Positions 58,862 to 64,000 of a DNA stretch of 64,000 nt are shown one piece after another. The first letter of the stretch is position 1. The number at the start of each line of letters is the position of its first letter. The notes beneath the pieces were generated by a model that did not search any database, had not been told where the DNA came from, and saw only the letters and a list, made by a program, of their open reading frames with translations. Origin of the DNA: Candidatus Hydrogenedentota bacterium (GTDB taxonomy: Bacteria > Hydrogenedentota > Hydrogenedentia > Hydrogenedentales > JAEUWI01); assembly GCA_034669905.1 (NCBI GenBank), contig JAXMOL010000026.1, forward strand, positions 1 through 64,000, in the 5' to 3' direction. The position numbers were made by a program, and so were the translations under genes.

Positions 58862-60071
58862 GAATCAACTTCAGAAAGTTAGTGCCCTGCAGGGAAAGAG
58901 CCTCATCGCGGCGGTAGCCGGTCTGGTCGTTACGATTGGATTGGGCGTCCCAACCGATTCGGTCTTCCAGGGCTTGCTGATAGGTTATCTGCTGTGCTTC
59001 GGCCTGGGTATCAGCTCCCTCGGACTGCTCATGCTTCATCACCTTTGTGGTGGTAGCTGGAGTTTCGTGGTGCAGCGTATTGCCGAAGCCGGTTCGCGCA
59101 CGCTTCCCTTCTTGTGTGTCGTGGGCGCCGTCGTCATGATTGGTGGAGCCCTGGCCTCGACGGTCTATCCTTGGGCCAATGAAGAATTCCTGGCACAGGA
59201 AGGCAATGAGCTCATTTCGCACATGTCGCACCTGAAGCATGAGTTCCTTAATCTCAATGTCTTCGTGATTTGTTACTTTATCTACTTCGCCATCTGGTTG
59301 AGCTTCATGCTCGCCTTCAATGGCTGGTCCAAGAAGCTCGACGCTACGGGTGACCCGAAGTACATCGCCAAGATGAAGCGTTGGGCGGGCTTTGGCTGTG
59401 TCCTGTATGTGCTGACCATGACCTTCGCGGCAACGCACTGGGCCATGTCGACGGACCCGACCTTCTTTTCCACCATCTACGGTGCGTGGATGATTGCCAG
59501 CGGTGCCCTTTCCATGATGTGCTTCTGCGTCATCATGCTGACCTGGCTTTCGAATGAAGGGCCCCTGGCCGAGAAGATCAGCTCCCAGATTTACCACCAC
59601 TTCGGTAATTTCATGCTGGGCTTCACCATCTTCTGGTCCTACCTGTCCTTCTCGCCCTTCCTGATTATCTGGAATGGTAACCTGCCCGAAGAAATCGGTT
59701 GGTACCTCCACCGCTCCGGTGATCTCGTGCCCGTCACGATTGTATTGATTGCGTTCGTATGGTTCGCGCCCATGTATCTGCTGCTGATGCGGAAGAACAA
59801 GACGAACCCGAACGTGCTGCGGAAGATTGCCATCTACGTGCTGGCGACACGCATCATCGACATGTACTGGAACATTGCCCCGTCGTACGAGCATAACCAC
59901 GCGACACTCCATTGGCCAACCATCGTCTGCACCCTTGGTGCGGTGGCTGGACTGGGCGGCCTGTGGCTCTGGGTTTTCCTTCACGAGCTGAAGAAGCGCC
60001 CCATCCTGGCGCAGCAGGATCCCCGTGAAGAGCTCATGTTCATGAAAGAAAAGGCCCACAATCATGCATAA
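58851..60071 (+). CDS. actF: Alternative complex III ActF membrane subunit
   Basis: About 10 TM, W.MS.DP.FFST.YG, WSYL.FS..LIIW.GNLPEEI.WY..R. Confidence 0.9.
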   Translation: MLTENQLQKVSALQGKSLIAAVAGLVVTIGLGVPTDSVFQGLLIGYLLCFGLGISSLGLLMLHHLCGGSWSFVVQRIAEAGSRTLPFLCVVGAVVMIGGALASTVYPWANEEFLAQEGNELISHMSHLKHEFLNLNVFVICYFIYFAIWLSFMLAFNGWSKKLDATGDPKYIAKMKRWAGFGCVLYVLTMTFAATHWAMSTDPTFFSTIYGAWMIASGALSMMCFCVIMLTWLSNEGPLAEKISSQIYHHFGNFMLGFTIFWSYLSFSPFLIIWNGNLPEEIGWYLHRSGDLVPVTIVLIAFVWFAPMYLLLMRKNKTNPNVLRKIAIYVLATRIIDMYWNIAPSYEHNHATLHWPTIVCTLGAVAGLGGLWLWVFLHELKKRPILAQQDPREELMFMKEKAHNHA

Positions 60072-60486
60072 CCCACAGGACAGCATTAAAGAAGGTTACG
60101 AAGTAACCGACATGAACACCCGCGTCATCACGTTCTTTCTGATTGGACTATTCGTCCTCTTGTTCGGCGCTGTGGGTGCTATCATCATCGTCATGCGTGG
60201 CTTCGAGGAATCCCGCCCGTCCCTGAACCGGGAGCAGGCTTCGCCGCTGGCGGAAGCCGGTATGCAGGTTCCCGACAAGCCCCACCTTCAGGGTGACCCC
60301 GTTGCAGACCGGGAAGCGATCGTGAAAGCGAACGTCGACCAGGTCAACAGCTACGGGCGCCTGAGCGAAGATCCCGAAATGCCCCGGGTACACATCCCGA
60401 TTGAGGTGGCAATGGAGCGCGTCGCCGCAGGCGTGGCCTATCGCCAGGCACCGTCGGTCGCCCAGGATTCGGCCACCGAACAATGA
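60064..60486 (+). CDS. actG: Alternative complex III ActG-like small subunit
   Basis: GYE.TD, one TM, P.LQ..P, SYG....HIPIEVAM. Located after actF. Confidence 0.72.
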   Translation: MHNPQDSIKEGYEVTDMNTRVITFFLIGLFVLLFGAVGAIIIVMRGFEESRPSLNREQASPLAEAGMQVPDKPHLQGDPVADREAIVKANVDQVNSYGRLSEDPEMPRVHIPIEVAMERVAAGVAYRQAPSVAQDSATEQ

Positions 60487-61406
60487 GTACGCTTCCCCTA
60501 CATAGCACCCTGCGATACGCTGGTCGCGCCTTCCTCAGTCTGGCGTTGATAGGTGTGGCAGGTGGTGTCTGGGCCCAGGCAGCCTCGAAAGACGAGGTGG
60601 AAGAGATTGGCTTGGATCCCATCTCCTTTCGCGGGCCTAACCCCACGGAGCGGTTCAAGGATATCAAATATCAGCAGAATCTGGGTGACCAGATTCCCAT
60701 GGACCTTGTGTTCCGCAACGAAAAAGATGAAGAGGTACGCCTCGGTGATTTGTTCACCGATAAACCGGTGGTGCTGTCCATGGTGTATTTCGGATGCCCC
60801 ATGTTGTGCACCCTGGTGTTGAACGGTGAAGTGACTGGCTTTGATGGTCAGCCCGATACCTTCAAGCTCGGTGAGGCATTCACCGCTATCAGTGTCAGCA
60901 TTGACCCGACCGAGACCGGTGCCCTGGCCTCGGAGAAAAAGGCCAGTTACATGGAGACGTTGCATATCGACAACGCCGAAGAGAACTGGCACTTTCTCAC
61001 CGGGGATGAAGAGAATATCGAAACCCTGGCTGCGGCCGTGGGCTTTCGCTACTACTACGACGAGCCGTCCGGGCAGTATGCCCACGATAGCGGCGTAGTT
61101 ATTGCAACGCCCAAGGGTAAGATTTCCAGTTACTATCTGGGCATCGAATACTTGCCGGGCAACCTGCGCACCGCGTTGGAAATCGCTGGCGCCGGGACGA
61201 TTGGGAAGTTTCTCAAGCAGCCGACCCTGCTTTGTTTCGCCTACGACCCGACCAGTGGGACCTACGGGTTCCTGATTATGAGCGCGCTGCGTCTCGCGGG
61301 TATCGGTACGGTGCTGATGGTGGTGGGATTCTGGGTGGTGAACTATCGCCGCGGTCGGCAGAGCGCATTGCCCGATATAGATACAACAACACAGACCGCG
61401 TCTTAA
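60483..61406 (+). CDS. SCO1/SenC copper chaperone-like protein
   Basis: CPMLC (CxxxC), SIDP, WHFLTG, YAH, C-terminal TM. Confidence 0.9.
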   Translation: MSTLPLHSTLRYAGRAFLSLALIGVAGGVWAQAASKDEVEEIGLDPISFRGPNPTERFKDIKYQQNLGDQIPMDLVFRNEKDEEVRLGDLFTDKPVVLSMVYFGCPMLCTLVLNGEVTGFDGQPDTFKLGEAFTAISVSIDPTETGALASEKKASYMETLHIDNAEENWHFLTGDEENIETLAAAVGFRYYYDEPSGQYAHDSGVVIATPKGKISSYYLGIEYLPGNLRTALEIAGAGTIGKFLKQPTLLCFAYDPTSGTYGFLIMSALRLAGIGTVLMVVGFWVVNYRRGRQSALPDIDTTTQTAS

Positions 61407-61474
61407 GCCGACGGGGCTGAAACGTTTTAATTTGTCGAAAACCCACAAACCGTTAGGGTGATAACAGGTTAGCC

Positions 61475-62395
61475 ATGAATTTTCCTCTTATACCAGAGCA
61501 AGCATCGACGTTTGCTCCCAGCGTCGACCTCCTGTTCTACGCATTGACAGCCTTTGTGTTGTTGTTTACTGTCGGGGTCACCGCCGTCCTGATTGCCCTT
61601 GGCATCAAGTACAAGGCCGAGCCAGGACGTAAATCAGAACATGTTGAGAATATGGCCTTGGAGCTTCTCTGGAGCGCCATCCCCGCCGTGATCGCGTTGG
61701 TTATCTTCGCCTGGGGTGCCATCATCTACTTTGACTACCGAAACATCCCGGAGAATACCCTGGATATCAACGTCATCGGTAAGCAGTGGATGTGGAAGAT
61801 TCAGCATCCCAACGGCAAGCGGGAAGTCAACGAACTCCACGTGCCGGTGGGTAAAGCGGTCAAAATTACGATGACCTCGCAGGATGTGTTGCACGACTTT
61901 TACATCCCCGCCTTTCGGGTGAAACAGGATGCGATTCCCGCGAAGTACACCGACATGTGGTTTGAGGCTACCAAGGTAGGTACCTATCCGCTCTTCTGCG
62001 CCGAGTACTGCGGCACGGACCACTCCACCATGGGGGGGACGGTTACCGTCATGGAGCAGGATGCCTACCAGGAATGGCTCGAAGGTGGTCCTCCGGTTAC
62101 GCCCGCCCAGGCTGGTGAAACGCTCTTCCAGCAGATGGGTTGTGTGACCTGTCACGATGCGGGTGCCGCCAGCCGTGGTCCGGTACTGAATGGTGTCTTC
62201 GGCCACGAGGTGAAACTCCGCGACGGTAAGACAGTCGTTGCCGATGAAGAATACATCCGTGAATCCATCATGAGTCCATCGGCGAAGATCGTTGACGGCT
62301 ATGCGCCGCTCATGCCGACCTTCCCGAATCTGGATGAAGAAGATATCCTCAATCTGCTCGCTTACATCAAGTCCCTTAGCGACGAACAACAATAA
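61475..62395 (+). CDS. coxB: Cytochrome c oxidase subunit II with fused cytochrome c (caa3-type)
   Basis: [21 protein letters not shown]uA site, C-terminal CVTCH. Confidence 0.95.
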   Translation: MNFPLIPEQASTFAPSVDLLFYALTAFVLLFTVGVTAVLIALGIKYKAEPGRKSEHVENMALELLWSAIPAVIALVIFAWGAIIYFDYRNIPENTLDINVIGKQWMWKIQHPNGKREVNELHVPVGKAVKITMTSQDVLHDFYIPAFRVKQDAIPAKYTDMWFEATKVGTYPLFCAEYCGTDHSTMGGTVTVMEQDAYQEWLEGGPPVTPAQAGETLFQQMGCVTCHDAGAASRGPVLNGVFGHEVKLRDGKTVVADEEYIRESIMSPSAKIVDGYAPLMPTFPNLDEEDILNLLAYIKSLSDEQQ

Positions 62396-62409
62396 CGGAA
62401 ATCGATAAC

Positions 62410-64000
62410 ATGGCAAACGATGTGGTGCACGGCACGGAGATTCCCCCACGGGATCACACGCGCCCTGAAGTAAATTATTTGAACTGGCGTCAGACGGTCA
62501 GTTCCTGGCTCCTCTCGCAGGACCACAAACGTATCGGTATCATGTATTTGATCTCGATCAGCATCTTCTTTGTGGTAGGTGGGTTGTTCGCGACGATTTT
62601 CCGTATCGAACTGCTTACTCCCGAGGGTGACCTGCTTCAGGCGGATACGTATAACAAGTTCTTCACGCTTCACGGCGTGGTGATGATTTTCTTCTTCCTG
62701 ATCCCCTCGATTCCGGCGGTCTTAGGTAACTTCCTGATTCCGCTGCAGATCGGCGCCAAGGACGTGGCCTTTCCCAAGCTGAACCTGGCGAGCTGGTATA
62801 TTTTCATGGTCGGCGGTACGCTGGGCGTGGCCATTATCCTCCTGGGTGGACTGGATACGGGTTGGACCTTCTACACACCGCTGAGTACCTCCTATGCGAA
62901 TACCCACGTATTCCTGGCGGCCATCGTGGTGTTTGTAACCGGGTTCTCGTCTATCCTTACGGGCCTGAACTTCCTGGTCACCATTCACAAGATGCGTGCG
63001 CCCGGTCTGACCTGGTTCCGTTTGCCCCTCTTTATCTGGGCACACTACGCGACCAGCGTTATCCAGATTCTGGGTACGCCCGTGCTGGCCATCACGATCT
63101 TCCTCGCCGGCGTGGAACGTCTCTGGGGTGTGGGTATCTTTGACCCGGCCCTGGGCGGTGACCCCGTGCTCTTCCAGCACATGTTCTGGTTCTACTCCCA
63201 CCCGGCCGTGTATATCATGATTCTCCCGGGCATGGGTGTAATCAGCGAAATCATCGGCTGCTTCTCCCGCAACCGGGTATTCGGGTACGAATTCATTGCC
63301 TTCTCCAGTGTGGCTATCGCCATCATCGGCTTCCTCGTCTGGGGTCACCACATGTATGTGAGTGGTCAGGCCATGTATTCCAACCTGGTCTTCTCCCTCT
63401 TGACCATGTTGGTCGCCGTGCCCTCGGCCATCAAGATCTTCAACTGGACCGCCACCCTCTACAAGGGTAATGTGGTCTGGGCGACGCCCATGATTTATGC
63501 CATCGGCTTTATCGGGCTCTTCGCCATCGGTGGTGGTACGGGACTGTTTCTGGGCGCGGTTGGCCTGGACGTGCCCCTTCACGACACCTACTTCGTCGTG
63601 GCCCACTTCCACTACGTCATGGTAGGCGGCATGGTAATGGCCTATCTCGCGGGTATTCACTTCTACTGGCCCAAGATGACCGGTAAGATGTACCCCCAGA
63701 CCCTGGCTAAACTCTGCGCTATCCTGGTATTCGTTGGTTTCAACTGCACCTTCTTCCCCCAGTTCCTGGCGGGTTGGTTGGGCATGCCCCGTCGCTACCA
63801 CTCCTACCATGAAGACTTCCAGGTCTTGAATGTTATGTCGACTATTGGTGCCAGTATCCTGGGACTCGGGTTCATCATTCCCGTGTTCTATCTGGTCTGG
63901 TCCCTCTTCTACGGCAAAGAAGCCGGTAGTAACCCCTGGGGTGCCCGCGGGTTGGAATGGGAAGTATGTACCTCTCCCCCCGATCCCCATAATTTTCATG
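62410..64000 (+). CDS. coxA: Cytochrome c oxidase subunit I, A2-type (3' end outside window; not in ORF track)
   Basis: ATG 62410. [45 protein letters not shown]; frame open to the window end. Confidence 0.95.
   Translation, partial: MANDVVHGTEIPPRDHTRPEVNYLNWRQTVSSWLLSQDHKRIGIMYLISISIFFVVGGLFATIFRIELLTPEGDLLQADTYNKFFTLHGVVMIFFFLIPSIPAVLGNFLIPLQIGAKDVAFPKLNLASWYIFMVGGTLGVAIILLGGLDTGWTFYTPLSTSYANTHVFLAAIVVFVTGFSSILTGLNFLVTIHKMRAPGLTWFRLPLFIWAHYATSVIQILGTPVLAITIFLAGVERLWGVGIFDPALGGDPVLFQHMFWFYSHPAVYIMILPGMGVISEIIGCFSRNRVFGYEFIAFSSVAIAIIGFLVWGHHMYVSGQAMYSNLVFSLLTMLVAVPSAIKIFNWTATLYKGNVVWATPMIYAIGFIGLFAIGGGTGLFLGAVGLDVPLHDTYFVVAHFHYVMVGGMVMAYLAGIHFYWPKMTGKMYPQTLAKLCAILVFVGFNCTFFPQFLAGWLGMPRRYHSYHEDFQVLNVMSTIGASILGLGFIIPVFYLVWSLFYGKEAGSNPWGARGLEWEVCTSPPDPHNFH

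Overview
GC-rich bacterial chromosome segment. The (Gly-Glu)n-repeat surface proteins suggest Candidatus Hydrogenedentota; this is an inference, not a database result. Left part (1-27.2 kb) looks accessory: the tail of a GE-repeat/EF-hand surface protein, then a dense ~19 kb signalling cluster (two REC-adenylate cyclases, REC-HD-GYP, REC-GGDEF, two hybrid histidine kinases, two further REC proteins, an FHA-GAF-histidine kinase and a Ser/Thr kinase-MshEN-like fusion), and a ~2,365-aa Ig-repeat surface protein. The cluster encloses an MlaE/MlaD(MCE)-type transporter whose ABC subunit has lost its ATPase motifs. Middle part: tRNA-Val(TAC), ruvAB, a nucleotidyltransferase-like gene, nested inverted repeats, an alkyltransferase-like gene, sugar oxidoreductase/isomerase genes interrupted by three small membrane ORFs and REP-like palindromes, a sensor kinase with an ETR1-like ethylene-binding domain plus two receivers, a Tat-exported DMFase-beta-like protein, and yebC. 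Right part: a complete Thermus-order V/A-type ATPase operon ending in a PTS EIIA-like gene, divergent from an alternative complex III (actABCDEFG)-sco-caa3 oxidase operon that runs off the window end. Best candidates for novelty: the signalling cluster with its ATPase-dead MCE transporter, the complementary cyclase pair, the STK-MshEN/FHA-kinase pair, the ETR1-like sensor, and a shared GE-repeat/Gly-Cys/hydrophobic C-terminal anchor.
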